The translations under genes were made by a program, and so were the position numbers. Below the pieces are notes generated by a model. That model saw nothing but the letters and a program-made list of their open reading frames with translations. It did not search any database and was not told where the DNA came from. From positions 168,262 through 232,261 of the forward strand of contig WTKD01000006.1 in assembly GCA_011524535.1 (NCBI GenBank): a stretch of 64,000 nucleotides of DNA, given 5' to 3'. How positions within the stretch are numbered: the stretch's first letter is position 1; every line of letters starts with the position of its first letter. Positions 40,705 to 51,506 of this stretch are shown piece by piece. This stretch comes from Spirochaetaceae bacterium. Its GTDB lineage: Bacteria; Spirochaetota; Spirochaetia; WTKD01.

Positions 40705-42432
40705 ATGAGGATCTCTAAAAATGTTAGCAATGTTCTGATCTTGTGTAGTGTAGGTATATTGCTTGGGATATTTCTGGTTTTCATACTCCTCGACATTCAG
40801 AAATTTGAGAATAATAGATTCCTTTTGGAAGAATTTCTCAATGAAATAAACTCGACAACTACATATATATCTACAGTAGTAACCGCAAAAAGTCCGCTTA
40901 CCCCAAGCGTTGAACAGTCTATATTGGATTCGTTATCTGGACTATCTATGTGGATACAAGAATTACAAGAAAATAGCTCGCTCGCTACGCCTAATATGAG
41001 ATTTCTGGAAGTTGAGGAAGCTATTTTTTCATTAGAGAGTAACTTCAAAGACATTTTTAATGACAAAAACATTCTTATTCTTAATGAAGCAAGCGATGGA
41101 TACAAGAACTATTTTTTAAGCATAGGGGTATACGATAGATTAACGATAGAACTGGTGAAACTGTCTGCATTTGAGACCTCTCTCAATGATTATCTTCATA
41201 TAGAACAGAAAAAGATCATGGAGCACATTGGCATCTATATTACGTCTTTTATTGTACTGGCGTTTGGGGTCATTGGAATGTATTTTTTGAGAAGAGAATC
41301 GAATATATACGTGTACAATCGAGTTGCACAGATATTGAAATCGGCACTTCCAGGTTTCAATGATTCTTTACAAGAAAAATCTTATGATCTTGAGAAATTT
41401 TTGCAAAAATTTCTGCTAACTATGGAGAATAGGACGCTCCATTTTGAAGAAAGAGCGAAGGACTTTAACTCTTTCCTAAAAGGGCCTATGGAACTTATTC
41501 GTTCAGAGTCAACCTCTACCGAATCTCGGTTGCGATATATAAATGATATGTGCAAGGATGTTTCATTAAAAATTGAAAGATTGTTTACAAATACCCGAGA
41601 ATATATGATTTCAATGTCAATTTTGCAAGATAGCTCAATGAAACTTAATCATCTCACGCAGGGAACTCAGAAAATTTCTGGGTATGCTGAAGTGATCGTA
41701 AAGAATTTCACCGAAATTCAAGACCTTTTGCAGCATTCGATTGCGACATTGACGGATTATATAGGTATGACACAAGCAAATTATGAGAAAACCAATACTG
41801 CTTGTGATGCGTCTTACAGTATCGTTAATCAAACGCAAAAGTATTCTGAAGATATTCTGACTAATTTGAGTTATTTGGAAGATATCTCACATCGATTCAC
41901 TGTATTGATGCTCAATTTACAAACTTCAGAAACAAAACTGGGAAAAGGTATGTTGGATGAGATGCACTATCTTAGTGAACATCTTTCAAAGTATATCAAG
42001 GGAGCACGTTCTAGATCCGAACAACTAAGAACTTCGATGTATAGCCTTGAAAAAACGATGGAAGACCTTATTGATTATTTAAGAACAGGGTCTTTGCAAA
42101 CGATTTCTGTTAAAAAAGAAATTGAACAGCATGTTCAAGGTGAAAAAATGCTACACTCGCTTAGGTATATTATAAACACGGAGCACGAAACTCTTAACAC
42201 GATGCAATACATTGCAGAACATGAAAAAGAACGCATCGACACGCTCATGGTAGAAACACATATACGATCGAATGCGCTTGCACTAGAAATGGAAGAAGTA
42301 CATGTAAGGATGGAAGAGATGTTAAGCGGCTTACAGGAATCTTATGAAAGAGTGGGGGAAGTGAAAAGCAATATACACAGTTTTAAGAAAATATCATATA
42401 TTCCGTTAGAGAAGATAAAAATAAACACCTGA
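40705..42432 (+). CDS. Degenerate methyl-accepting-chemotaxis-like membrane protein
   Basis: Two TMs flanking a ~140-aa periplasmic domain, then a long cytoplasmic coiled coil with a decayed tip motif. Confidence 0.65.
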   Translation: MRISKNVSNVLILCSVGILLGIFLVFILLDIQKFENNRFLLEEFLNEINSTTTYISTVVTAKSPLTPSVEQSILDSLSGLSMWIQELQENSSLATPNMRFLEVEEAIFSLESNFKDIFNDKNILILNEASDGYKNYFLSIGVYDRLTIELVKLSAFETSLNDYLHIEQKKIMEHIGIYITSFIVLAFGVIGMYFLRRESNIYVYNRVAQILKSALPGFNDSLQEKSYDLEKFLQKFLLTMENRTLHFEERAKDFNSFLKGPMELIRSESTSTESRLRYINDMCKDVSLKIERLFTNTREYMISMSILQDSSMKLNHLTQGTQKISGYAEVIVKNFTEIQDLLQHSIATLTDYIGMTQANYEKTNTACDASYSIVNQTQKYSEDILTNLSYLEDISHRFTVLMLNLQTSETKLGKGMLDEMHYLSEHLSKYIKGARSRSEQLRTSMYSLEKTMEDLIDYLRTGSLQTISVKKEIEQHVQGEKMLHSLRYIINTEHETLNTMQYIAEHEKERIDTLMVETHIRSNALALEMEEVHVRMEEMLSGLQESYERVGEVKSNIHSFKKISYIPLEKIKINT

Positions 42433-42458
42433 CACCGCCAATTAGTCCAATATATACT
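42429..42458 (+). promoter_or_regulatory. Sigma70 promoter CTGACA-N18-TATACT, 5 nt before GTG (leaderless)
   Basis: Read directly upstream of aroDE. Confidence 0.6.
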
Positions 42459-42463
42459 AGAGA

Positions 42464-43966
42464 GTGCTTTGTCTGACCGTGTTTGCTTCTGATAGGGTAG
42501 TATTCCGCCAAACAATACAAAATATTCCGGCTCACATTGGACTTATTGAGTGTAGATTTGATGGAATAAGGGATATCGACAAGTCGGACATAGATGAGGC
42601 CGGAAGGGTATTGGCGATGGCGCCTCAATCCATACGCAGTATTGCAACAATTCGTCGTTCTTGTGATGGAGGTCGCTGGATTGGCTCAGAATCTGTACGG
42701 CAATCCTTACTTTCTTATTGTATACAATCATCATATTTTGATTTTGTTGATGTGGAGGAGGATGTGTATTGTGAGGGTATGCAGCACGTTCCTAATACGA
42801 GGGATTCCCGAATAGAGGCATCGAAGGAAGATAGAGCTTCGCATGAGGCCGCCATTATCTGTTCTTTTCACGATTGCACGAAAACGCCAACTGATATACA
42901 AGAACGGGTAGATAGAATGTGCTCATACGGCACGATTATCAAGCTTGCTGTTATGCTTAATGCAAGCAAGGATCAATTACAGCTTATTGAAATTGCAAGA
43001 CATCTCCAGAAACACAAGAAAAATGACTATATATTGATTGGGATGGGTATTTTTGGGAGATGGAGTCGCATATTGTACAAAAAACTTGGCTCAATGTTCA
43101 CCTATGCCCATAATTCTATCGATCCACCAGCTCCAGGAATGATGACTTATAGCGAGCTGATAGAGTTATATCGTGTAGATCAGCATTCGGAGGGAACAAA
43201 AATATTCGGTATTATTGGAAACCCCTTGGAGCATAGCCATTCTCCAGCCTTCCATAATGCCATATTTTCTGAAAATACCGCAAATGCGGTATATGTCCCG
43301 TTTCCTACCGATGATTGCCAGACATTTTTTACATTCGCGAAAACTCTGGCTATAGAAGGGTTTTCTGTGACTGTTCCGCATAAACGCAGTGTTATGAAGT
43401 ATCTGCAGGTGATAGAATCACAGGCAACGGCTTGTTCTGCAGTTAATACGGTTATTATGGAATCATCGGGCTATGTCGGGCATAATACGGATTATTTTGG
43501 TTTTCTGGAACCTTTGAGAGAGGCTTTTTCTGAACGATTGATTACTGGGAAGCTCCGTGCTGCAATGATAGGAGCCGGGGGGGCAGCATCAGCGGTCCTG
43601 GCTGGTCTGGTTGATCTTGGATGCCAGGTGATTATATATAATCGCACGCTTTCAAAAGCAGAATTGCTTGCTAGAAAATACGATGATGAGGTATGCGCAG
43701 AACAACTTAGATCAACTATTGATGCGGGACACGATATAATCGTTCAATGTACTGATATCGGTATGTATCCCAATAGAGAAGAATCGCCAATTCCCGATTA
43801 TGATTTTTCTGGAAAGGAGATTGTGTATGATCTTATATACAATCCCGCACCAACAGCCTTTCTAGCACGAGCACAGGCTGCTGGATGCTTGTGTATTACC
43901 GGTGAACCGATGTTTCGATTGCAGGCAAAATGTCAGTCTGAAATGTTCTTGAATCGGTTGAAATGA
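42464..43966 (+). CDS. aroE: Bifunctional type I 3-dehydroquinate dehydratase / shikimate dehydrogenase (AroD-AroE fusion)
   Basis: DHQase motifs SFHD, IKLAV, GMG..G..SR, APG. SDH motifs HSHSP, SVTVPHK, AVNT, HNTD, GAGGAA. Confidence 0.9.
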   Translation: MLCLTVFASDRVVFRQTIQNIPAHIGLIECRFDGIRDIDKSDIDEAGRVLAMAPQSIRSIATIRRSCDGGRWIGSESVRQSLLSYCIQSSYFDFVDVEEDVYCEGMQHVPNTRDSRIEASKEDRASHEAAIICSFHDCTKTPTDIQERVDRMCSYGTIIKLAVMLNASKDQLQLIEIARHLQKHKKNDYILIGMGIFGRWSRILYKKLGSMFTYAHNSIDPPAPGMMTYSELIELYRVDQHSEGTKIFGIIGNPLEHSHSPAFHNAIFSENTANAVYVPFPTDDCQTFFTFAKTLAIEGFSVTVPHKRSVMKYLQVIESQATACSAVNTVIMESSGYVGHNTDYFGFLEPLREAFSERLITGKLRAAMIGAGGAASAVLAGLVDLGCQVIIYNRTLSKAELLARKYDDEVCAEQLRSTIDAGHDIIVQCTDIGMYPNREESPIPDYDFSGKEIVYDLIYNPAPTAFLARAQAAGCLCITGEPMFRLQAKCQSEMFLNRLK

Positions 43967-44009
43967 TGGGTTTAACGCTATTCAAATGATATATCAAAAG
44001 AGGAAATAA

Positions 44010-44417
44010 TCAGGGATTTGTCGGTTGCATGCCAAAGAATTTTTCTTCTATGATTTTTGAATACTGGAGAGCTTCATGTTCTTCTTGGAATGTTTCCAGG
44101 AATATTCCAAATATCCAACCAGTGTAATCTTCGTATTGTACCTTGTACCATGGTGCATAGAGACCGAATTGAATATCTGACTGTTTGGTGACAAAATCGA
44201 TGGTGATTATGTCTCCTCCCCGCATGAGTGTTTGTATGGAGGATTGACTATCTGCTCGTGTGTGCAGTTTCGCATATGCTTCTTGAACGACACCGATCGA
44301 GCGGTCCTTATACAGTTCATCGGTAGACGATTCTTCGGCGGCACAGCCCATCAAAAAAATGAGTATTATTCTGAAAGGCAATAGTTTCAACGGGTGATAC
44401 AGCTGGTGAGGGATCAT
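44010..44417 (-). CDS. SH3b-domain lipoprotein
   Basis: Lipobox FLMGC; WYKV...GWIFG SH3b pattern; TAATG coupling to uvrB. Confidence 0.75.
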   Translation of the reverse strand: MIPHQLYHPLKLLPFRIILIFLMGCAAEESSTDELYKDRSIGVVQEAYAKLHTRADSQSSIQTLMRGGDIITIDFVTKQSDIQFGLYAPWYKVQYEDYTGWIFGIFLETFQEEHEALQYSKIIEEKFFGMQPTNP

Positions 44418-46426
44418 TATCTATCTCCCATTTTTTTTAATGATGCAATTTCATCCCGAAGCGTAACTGCTTCTTCGAAAGCAAGCCGTTCTGCTGCTTC
44501 GCGCATTTGTTCTTCTAAAAGTTGTATATATTTTTTTCGCTCGGTGCGATTGAATATATTGTATTCTTGTTTTAATAATTCAACCGAGTAGGCTGCTTGC
44601 TTTTCGCGCATTGTTCGCTCGCGGGCGATGATTTCATAAATGGCTTTTTGTATCGATGCTGGTTGTATATTGTGTGCATGGTTGTATTCTTCTTGGATAG
44701 CTCTTCTACGATCTGTTTCTTCGATAGCTTTTTGCATGGCATCAGAGATTTTGTCTGCGTACATAATCACTGTTCCGTGTTCATTGCGAGCAGCGCGACC
44801 GATTGTTTGGATGAGCGAGGTGGCTGATCGTAAGAACCCAACCTTATCGGCGTCCAAGATAGCAACAAGTGAGACTTCGGGTAAATCGAGCCCCTCTCGA
44901 AGTAGGTTTATACCGACTAGAACATCGAATACACCATTGCGGAGGTCAGTAAGCAGTTCAACTCTTTCGATGGTTTCGGTGTCAGAATGAAGATATCGTG
45001 CTCGAACTCCGAGTCCGCTTAGGTAGTCGGTAAGATTTTCGGCAAGTTTTTTTGTTAGAGTGGTGATCAATACGCGTTCTCTTTTTTCTACCCGGTTTTG
45101 TATCTCTTCGTAGAGATTTTCCATTTGTCCTTCTGTTTTTCTTACCGATATTTTTGGATCTAGCAGACCCGTGGGGCGGATGATTTGTTCGGTTACTTTG
45201 CTTGCAAGTCTGGATTCTTCAGAACCCGGGGTTGCGCTTACGAGAACACATCGATTGATAAGTGCCTCAAATTCGGTTGAACGTAACGGCCGGTTGTCTA
45301 GAGCGGAGGGTAGTCTGAACCCGTGTTCCACAAGCATGGTTTTTCGTGCTCGATCTCCGTTGTACATAGCTCGGACCTGGGGAAGTGTTACATGGGATTC
45401 ATCTATAAAGCACAAAGATGATTTAGGGAAGTAGTCGAGTAATACCGATGGGCGTTCACCTTCGTCTCTACCGCCGAGAATACGAGAATAATTCTCGATC
45501 CCACTACAGGTTCCTGTTTCTTGAAGCATATCGATATCGAATTGAACCCTTGCTTTGAGTCTTTGTGCTTCTACCATCCTTCCTTCTTCGAGCAATGATG
45601 CTTCTCTTATTTCCAGCTCGGCGAGTAATTCTGGAATCGCTCGATCGAGTACCGATCTTTCAACGATGTAATTTCTTGCTGGAAAAATGGTCAAAGAATC
45701 TACCTCACGTATCAATTCGAGGGAGACAGGATGCCGAATGGATATTTGTTTTATTTCATCCCAATCTAGCTCAATGCGGTAGACAAAAAGTTCATAGGCA
45801 GAGCATACATCTATGGTTTCTCCACGTACACGGAAGGTTCCGCGTTCCAGTGATATATCATTTCGAGTATATTGCAAATCGATGAGATTTTTCTTGCATT
45901 TATTGATATCGAGTTTGGTCCCTCGTTTGAGAAATAATTGATAGTAGGCAAAACTTGTTGGACTTCCGATGCCGTATATGCATGAGACAGAGGCAACAAC
46001 GATCACATCGGAACGGGTCAGTAAATTTGTAGTTGCGGATAGGCGTAGGCGTTCTATTTCATCATTTATCGAAGAATCTTTTTCGATGTACAAATCTCGA
46101 GAGGGAATATAAGCCTCAGGTTGATAGTAATCGTAATAAGAAACAAAATATTCTACGGCGTTATTTGGAAAGAAATCTTTGAATTCACGATAGAGCTGAG
46201 CTGCCAGGGTTTTGTTGTGTGAGAGAATTAGGCTTGGTTGATTGAGGCGTTCGATAACATTCGCCATAATAAATGTTTTTCCAGATCCTGTGATTCCATG
46301 TAGGCATTGAAATCGCTCTCCGTCTTCTATACCTTCTACCAATGAATCAACCGATTGTTTCTGTGTGTCGGTAAGAGAATAGGAGGATTTCAAGTCGAAC
46401 GTGTTGTGTTGGATATTTATTCCCAT
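44417..46426 (-). CDS. uvrB: Excinuclease ABC subunit B
   Basis: GITGSGKT, YYDYYQPEAY, DESH, GINLLREGLD motifs and C-terminal UVR domain. Confidence 0.98.
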   Translation of the reverse strand: MGINIQHNTFDLKSSYSLTDTQKQSVDSLVEGIEDGERFQCLHGITGSGKTFIMANVIERLNQPSLILSHNKTLAAQLYREFKDFFPNNAVEYFVSYYDYYQPEAYIPSRDLYIEKDSSINDEIERLRLSATTNLLTRSDVIVVASVSCIYGIGSPTSFAYYQLFLKRGTKLDINKCKKNLIDLQYTRNDISLERGTFRVRGETIDVCSAYELFVYRIELDWDEIKQISIRHPVSLELIREVDSLTIFPARNYIVERSVLDRAIPELLAELEIREASLLEEGRMVEAQRLKARVQFDIDMLQETGTCSGIENYSRILGGRDEGERPSVLLDYFPKSSLCFIDESHVTLPQVRAMYNGDRARKTMLVEHGFRLPSALDNRPLRSTEFEALINRCVLVSATPGSEESRLASKVTEQIIRPTGLLDPKISVRKTEGQMENLYEEIQNRVEKRERVLITTLTKKLAENLTDYLSGLGVRARYLHSDTETIERVELLTDLRNGVFDVLVGINLLREGLDLPEVSLVAILDADKVGFLRSATSLIQTIGRAARNEHGTVIMYADKISDAMQKAIEETDRRRAIQEEYNHAHNIQPASIQKAIYEIIARERTMREKQAAYSVELLKQEYNIFNRTERKKYIQLLEEQMREAAERLAFEEAVTLRDEIASLKKMGDR

Positions 46427-47682
46427 TGTTGCTCCTGTGGTCGTTCTGAAAGTATTATCACGGTTGTTTTTCTTGTTCCATCTGAACGGATATAGGTAAT
46501 ATTAACGGTTTCTCCAGGTCTATTGTCCTCGAGGGCTTCGTAAAAATTGGCAATACTTTTTATTGGGGTGCCATCTATTTCAATAATAATATCTCCACCA
46601 AGATATATGCTCGTATTCCCGTAGAAGACCTCCGTTTTTCCCCCCTTTAATCCAGCATCGTCGGCATTACCGCCTCGAACAATTTGCGAGACGAGTATTC
46701 CTCGGTCAACCGGCAAATCTGCGTACTCTACCAATCGCGGGAAAATTTGTCGGGGGATGATGTCTATCCATCCACGCTGCACAAATCCAAATTGGATCAA
46801 GTCGGGAATAACCCTGCGTGCGGTATCAACAGGGACGGCAAATCCAACGCCCACCGAGCCTCCAGAAGGGGTATATATCATGGTGTTGATGCCTACCATG
46901 ACTCCACGGCTGTCCAGAAGGGGTCCGCCACTGTTCCCTGGGTTTATGGATGCGTCGGTTTGAATCATATTGTTTATTATCAGGTTTTGATCAGTACGAA
47001 TCGGTCTTCCAAGGCCCGAGACTATACCAATAGTAAGCGTTCTATCTAGACCAAAGGGGTTTCCTATCGCTAGGACTTGTTGTCCGATTTGAAGGTTTTC
47101 CGATGAGCCGAGAGGGATGGGGGATAGGCTTCGATCCTCTGGATCAAAATAAAGAATAGCAAGGTCGTTCTCCGAGTCAACACCAACGATTTCTGCTGAC
47201 ATAGATGTGTTATCGGATAAAGTTAATACGATATCCGATGCGCCTTTTACAACATGATAATTCGTTAGAACATACCCCCGCTCATCGATTATGGAGCCCG
47301 ATCCTGTGTTTCCTTCTTGGGGGACCGGTTCAAGAAACCAATTGTAGGCGATTACTTTGGTTGATATGTTTACAACTCCTTCGTTTCTCGAACGATATAT
47401 GGAAATTGTTTCCCGTTCACCTTGTGTTAATCCGCCGGATTGTACTGTGATAGGGTCGATTTCGTTTGAAAAGGTGTCTGGTGTGGTCGAAAGGGATTCC
47501 GAAGCATCGGCTAGGTCCGACTGGTTGGTTTGTAATTCTTCTTCGAGTACGTCTGGATTTTGTGGCTGGGTGTCTACTGTTTGCGCACTATCACGATTTG
47601 GATAATTTTGCCCTAGTCTAAAGAAGAAAAAGAAAGAACCCAAGAGAAAAGCAGATACCAATATAAAGGGTCGGGCCTTCAT
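46417..47682 (-). CDS. htrA: HtrA/DegP-family serine protease with one PDZ domain
   Basis: TNYHV, NDLA, GNPFG and QTDASINPGNSGG motifs. Confidence 0.93.
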   Translation of the reverse strand: MKARPFILVSAFLLGSFFFFFRLGQNYPNRDSAQTVDTQPQNPDVLEEELQTNQSDLADASESLSTTPDTFSNEIDPITVQSGGLTQGERETISIYRSRNEGVVNISTKVIAYNWFLEPVPQEGNTGSGSIIDERGYVLTNYHVVKGASDIVLTLSDNTSMSAEIVGVDSENDLAILYFDPEDRSLSPIPLGSSENLQIGQQVLAIGNPFGLDRTLTIGIVSGLGRPIRTDQNLIINNMIQTDASINPGNSGGPLLDSRGVMVGINTMIYTPSGGSVGVGFAVPVDTARRVIPDLIQFGFVQRGWIDIIPRQIFPRLVEYADLPVDRGILVSQIVRGGNADDAGLKGGKTEVFYGNTSIYLGGDIIIEIDGTPIKSIANFYEALEDNRPGETVNITYIRSDGTRKTTVIILSERPQEQQWE

Positions 47683-47687
47683 TACGT

Positions 47688-47717
47688 AGTATATTCTTCA
47701 ATTGAAGGGTTCCTCAA
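47688..47717 (-). promoter_or_regulatory. Sigma70 promoter TTGAGG-N18-TATACT, 5 nt before htrA ATG (leaderless)
   Basis: Read directly; no SD. Confidence 0.6.
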
Positions 47718-47851
47718 GAATATGAGCTTTATTTTGGAGGTCATTTGGTCCATAGGTGTCTGATTTATTGCGGTTTGATATACTATCGTAAGTTGTGAAA
47801 AAATGAGTTCACATTATTTCATTTCGCAACAACTAAAGAAAAGGAGTACAC

Positions 47852-48838
47852 ATGGCAGAGTTTAAACTACCTGGTTTTTTACGCAAGTCAAATATGATTG
47901 TTATCGTCGTCGTCGTCGTGCTGATTATTGTGTTAGCGCTTAGCAGTCTGTTTGTGGTAGACCAAACCGAAGAATCTATTGTCTTGCTCTTCGGTGAGTA
48001 CAGTAGAACGGTTGGACCAGGGTTACACCTAAAATTACCATTGGGAATAGAAACAAGTGAAAATGTTCCTACTCAGATAATCCAGAACATGAGTTTTGGG
48101 TTTAGAACCGAGAGGCCAGGAATAAATACAGTGTTTTCTAATGTTGATTTCCCCGAGGAATCGATCATGCTTACGGGAGATTTAAACATAGTCGATGTTG
48201 AGTGGATCATTCAGTATCGTATAGAAGACCCAAGAGCCTGGTTATTCAATGTTGAAGATAAAGACACAACTATACGAGATATTTCGCAATCAATAGTAAA
48301 TCAATTGGTAGGAGACCGATCGATCATAGATATACTCAGCGATGAGAGGCCGAATATAGAATTCTTTGCGCAGGAATCTATGAATGAAATTTTTGATAAT
48401 TACAAATTAGGGATTGAGATTACCGCTGTACGTTTACAAAATATTGTACCTCCTGTTGGGCGGGTTCAAGATTCATTTGAAGATGTGAACCGCGCTGTCC
48501 AGGATATGAATCGACTTATTAACGAAGGGCGCGAAGCCTACAACAAAGAGATACCGCGTACCCGTGGTGAGGGAGAACAACTTGTGAAAATTGCAGAAGG
48601 GTATGCAACCGAACGTGTGAACCGAGCCCGAGGTGATGCTGATCGATTTCTTTCGGTCTTGAGTGAATACAATCAAGATCCTCTCACTATGCGGTCTAGG
48701 TTGTATTATGAAATTCTTGAAGAAGTACTTCCAAAGGAAGGAACCACACGCGTTCTTGATCGAGGTATTGATACGGCTATCCCATTTTTTAACTTCTTAC
48801 CTAATACATCGACTCTTAATCAGGAGGGTACACAATGA
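47852..48838 (+). CDS. hflK: FtsH protease modulator HflK
   Basis: SPFH domain, MLTGDLNIVDV and AEGYA motifs; SD AAGGAG. Confidence 0.95.
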   Translation: MAEFKLPGFLRKSNMIVIVVVVVLIIVLALSSLFVVDQTEESIVLLFGEYSRTVGPGLHLKLPLGIETSENVPTQIIQNMSFGFRTERPGINTVFSNVDFPEESIMLTGDLNIVDVEWIIQYRIEDPRAWLFNVEDKDTTIRDISQSIVNQLVGDRSIIDILSDERPNIEFFAQESMNEIFDNYKLGIEITAVRLQNIVPPVGRVQDSFEDVNRAVQDMNRLINEGREAYNKEIPRTRGEGEQLVKIAEGYATERVNRARGDADRFLSVLSEYNQDPLTMRSRLYYEILEEVLPKEGTTRVLDRGIDTAIPFFNFLPNTSTLNQEGTQ

Positions 48839-49824
48839 AACGGGCTCTCGTAGTATTAATTGTTCTTGGGGTGTTTGTAGGTCTGTTTTTGTTAGTAGGA
48901 CCTTTTTACATCGTAGAAGAAGGGGAACAGGTCATAGTGATCCGTTTTGGTCAAATTGTATCCGAAGAGCAGGATGCTGGTTTAAAATTCAAAATTCCGT
49001 TCGTAGATAACGTTGTGCGTTATTCAAAAAAGATTCTCTCTTGGGATGGTGACCCGAGAAGAGTTCCGACGGCAGAAAACCAATTTATTTGGGTAGATAC
49101 TACCGCTCGTTGGAGAATAGCTAATCCTTCACGATTCTATTCGTCGGTAACAACGATGGAACAGGCCTATTCTCGTCTTGATGATATCATCGAGAGCGCT
49201 GTTCGTACGGTAATTGCGGCAAATGGAATAGTTGAGGCCGTGAGAAATTCGAATATTATCAACACAATAGATAGAGCAGCTCCATTAGACGGGGCTTTGT
49301 CCGATGAATCGGCTGGATTAGCAGAAATACAGAATTTGTTGACGATTGTTGATGCTCAGCCAGAAATAGCCAAGGGAAGAAGAATGCTTTCACAGGAGAT
49401 GTTTGAAGATGTATCTGAAACTACTCCTCGATTTGGCATTGAGCTGATAGATATAGTTATACGTCAGATCCGATACTCTGATGATCTTACAGAAAGCGTC
49501 TATAATCGAATGGTTTCTGAACGACAACAGATTGCGCAAGCATATCGATCCTTCGGAGAAGGACGTAAACAAGAATTACTTGGTCAACTTGAAAACGATA
49601 AGAGGGCCATCCTTTCTCGCGCTTACGAGGAAGCCGAAGGAATACGTGGATTAGCAGATGCTGAAGCGGCAAGTATATATTCTGAGGCCTATAGTCAAAA
49701 TGCAGAATTCTTTGAGTTCTGGCGTGCGCTTGAATCCTATAAAAAGGTTATTCCTTCGCTTGATAAAGTGATAACGACAGACATGGAATATTTTGATTAC
49801 CTATACGACAAAGACGGTAATTAA
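48835..49824 (+). CDS. hflC: FtsH protease modulator HflC
   Basis: GLKFKIPF, RMVSER and FFEFWRALESY motifs; ATGA overlap with hflK. Confidence 0.95.
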   Translation: MKRALVVLIVLGVFVGLFLLVGPFYIVEEGEQVIVIRFGQIVSEEQDAGLKFKIPFVDNVVRYSKKILSWDGDPRRVPTAENQFIWVDTTARWRIANPSRFYSSVTTMEQAYSRLDDIIESAVRTVIAANGIVEAVRNSNIINTIDRAAPLDGALSDESAGLAEIQNLLTIVDAQPEIAKGRRMLSQEMFEDVSETTPRFGIELIDIVIRQIRYSDDLTESVYNRMVSERQQIAQAYRSFGEGRKQELLGQLENDKRAILSRAYEEAEGIRGLADAEAASIYSEAYSQNAEFFEFWRALESYKKVIPSLDKVITTDMEYFDYLYDKDGN

Positions 49825-49829
49825 GACAA

Positions 49830-51506
49830 ATGCGTCTGGGAGCATTGTTGGATGCGATTGCTGAACAGATTTTGCACGTATCTCAAACGAGTGCGCAAGA
49901 AATAACCGATATATGTTTTGATTCCCGGATGGTTGGTCCGGGATATCTTTTTGTTGCGCTTCGCGGTGAACACACCGATGGACATCACTATATAATTGAT
50001 GCCTGTTCCCGCGGGGCTGTTGGAATCATCGGTGAAGTGATACCAGATAATGTGTCTGAAACAGTGTGCTGTGTGCGGGTCACCGACTCAAAGCGCTGTT
50101 TTTCGCTACTTTCCGCAAAATTTTTTGACTATCCGTCTTCGAAAATCCCTTGTATCGGGGTTACTGGAACGAATGGAAAAAGCACAGTAATCCATTACAT
50201 AGCCCAAATACTCGTATCACACGGGGTTCGAGTCAATTATATATCCACCGTTGGCACATTCAAAAGTGGAAAATTTTTGGAAAATGAGCACCATCTCACC
50301 ACCCCAGATGCTTATACGGTGCAATCCTTCATCGCAGATGCTATTGGCAATGCAGATATAGTTCTTGTGGAGGCGACCTCTCACGCATTGAGTAAAAAAA
50401 CATACAGGCTAGAAGATGTGATGTTTTTTGCCGCTGTCTACACCAATATAACCCATGAACACTTGGATTTTCACGGAACATTCTCACAATACGTTCAAGA
50501 CAAAATGCGCCTTGCAAATGTTCTGCTTTCATCAAAGAAATCTAAGCAACCTAGAGTCACAGACACCGAGATAGCCAGTACAAAAAATGATTTTGCTATA
50601 TCTGTGGATCCCTTTGTTGTCATGCAATGGGGGGAGTCATTTGAATCAGAATTGAATATCGATCCCTCCGTAGAAATATGTTATGTTGCGGCCGCAGAAA
50701 CTCAAAAGGATATAAAGACAAAAAAACAGACAATGGATGGTTTGAGTACAGATCAAAGGTTTGGAAATTCTTCATATGTTGTATATTCGATGGAAGAAGA
50801 ACAGCTGTTGAAGTGTAATGCTATATTTGCAAATTCTTTAGAAGAGCATAAGGTTCCACTCATGGTTTCTGGAGAATATAACGTGAAGAACATGGCCATG
50901 GCATTGCTTGTGGGTTCAAAATTAATACAGATTGGTTTGGAGAAACTGACCGCAAGCTGTCGTGACATACAAAATCCGATTGGAAGAATGCACAGTATTG
51001 AATATGGAACTTGTCGTATTCTGATCGATTTTGCGCATTCTCCCGATGCATTTTCTTTGTTTTTGTCACATGCACGCCAACATACTCCTGAAAGTTTGAT
51101 AGTTGTGTTTGGATCTGCCGGTGAGAGAGACTATGAAAAAAGAGCTTTACAAGGTAACATCGCCGCGCAGTATGCCGATGTCATTGTGTTATGTGATGAA
51201 GACCCGCGGCAAGAAGATCCAAATAAAGTAATAAACGATATCCTTGATGGAATACGTAAGCATTCTCGCTGGCAAGAGAATGCAGTACGATGCGAACGTA
51301 TCGCTGATCGAAAACAGGCGATAGAGTATGCAGTTTCTTTGTTGCATGAATATGATACATTATGCACACTTGGAAAAGGGCATGAAACATCCATAGTATA
51401 TGCAGATCATGAAATTGAATGGAATGAGATTGCTGTTGTCGAACAAGCCATTAGAGAAAAAGAGGAAGTAAATGAAGGACATATTGGTCATATACGGGGG
51501 AGATAG
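49830..51506 (+). CDS. murE: UDP-MurNAc-dipeptide:diamino acid ligase MurE
   Basis: GVTGTNGKST, TTPD, EATSH, HEHLDFH, DFAHSPD, DEDPR and GKGHE motifs. Confidence 0.94.
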   Translation: MRLGALLDAIAEQILHVSQTSAQEITDICFDSRMVGPGYLFVALRGEHTDGHHYIIDACSRGAVGIIGEVIPDNVSETVCCVRVTDSKRCFSLLSAKFFDYPSSKIPCIGVTGTNGKSTVIHYIAQILVSHGVRVNYISTVGTFKSGKFLENEHHLTTPDAYTVQSFIADAIGNADIVLVEATSHALSKKTYRLEDVMFFAAVYTNITHEHLDFHGTFSQYVQDKMRLANVLLSSKKSKQPRVTDTEIASTKNDFAISVDPFVVMQWGESFESELNIDPSVEICYVAAAETQKDIKTKKQTMDGLSTDQRFGNSSYVVYSMEEEQLLKCNAIFANSLEEHKVPLMVSGEYNVKNMAMALLVGSKLIQIGLEKLTASCRDIQNPIGRMHSIEYGTCRILIDFAHSPDAFSLFLSHARQHTPESLIVVFGSAGERDYEKRALQGNIAAQYADVIVLCDEDPRQEDPNKVINDILDGIRKHSRWQENAVRCERIADRKQAIEYAVSLLHEYDTLCTLGKGHETSIVYADHEIEWNEIAVVEQAIREKEEVNEGHIGHIRGR

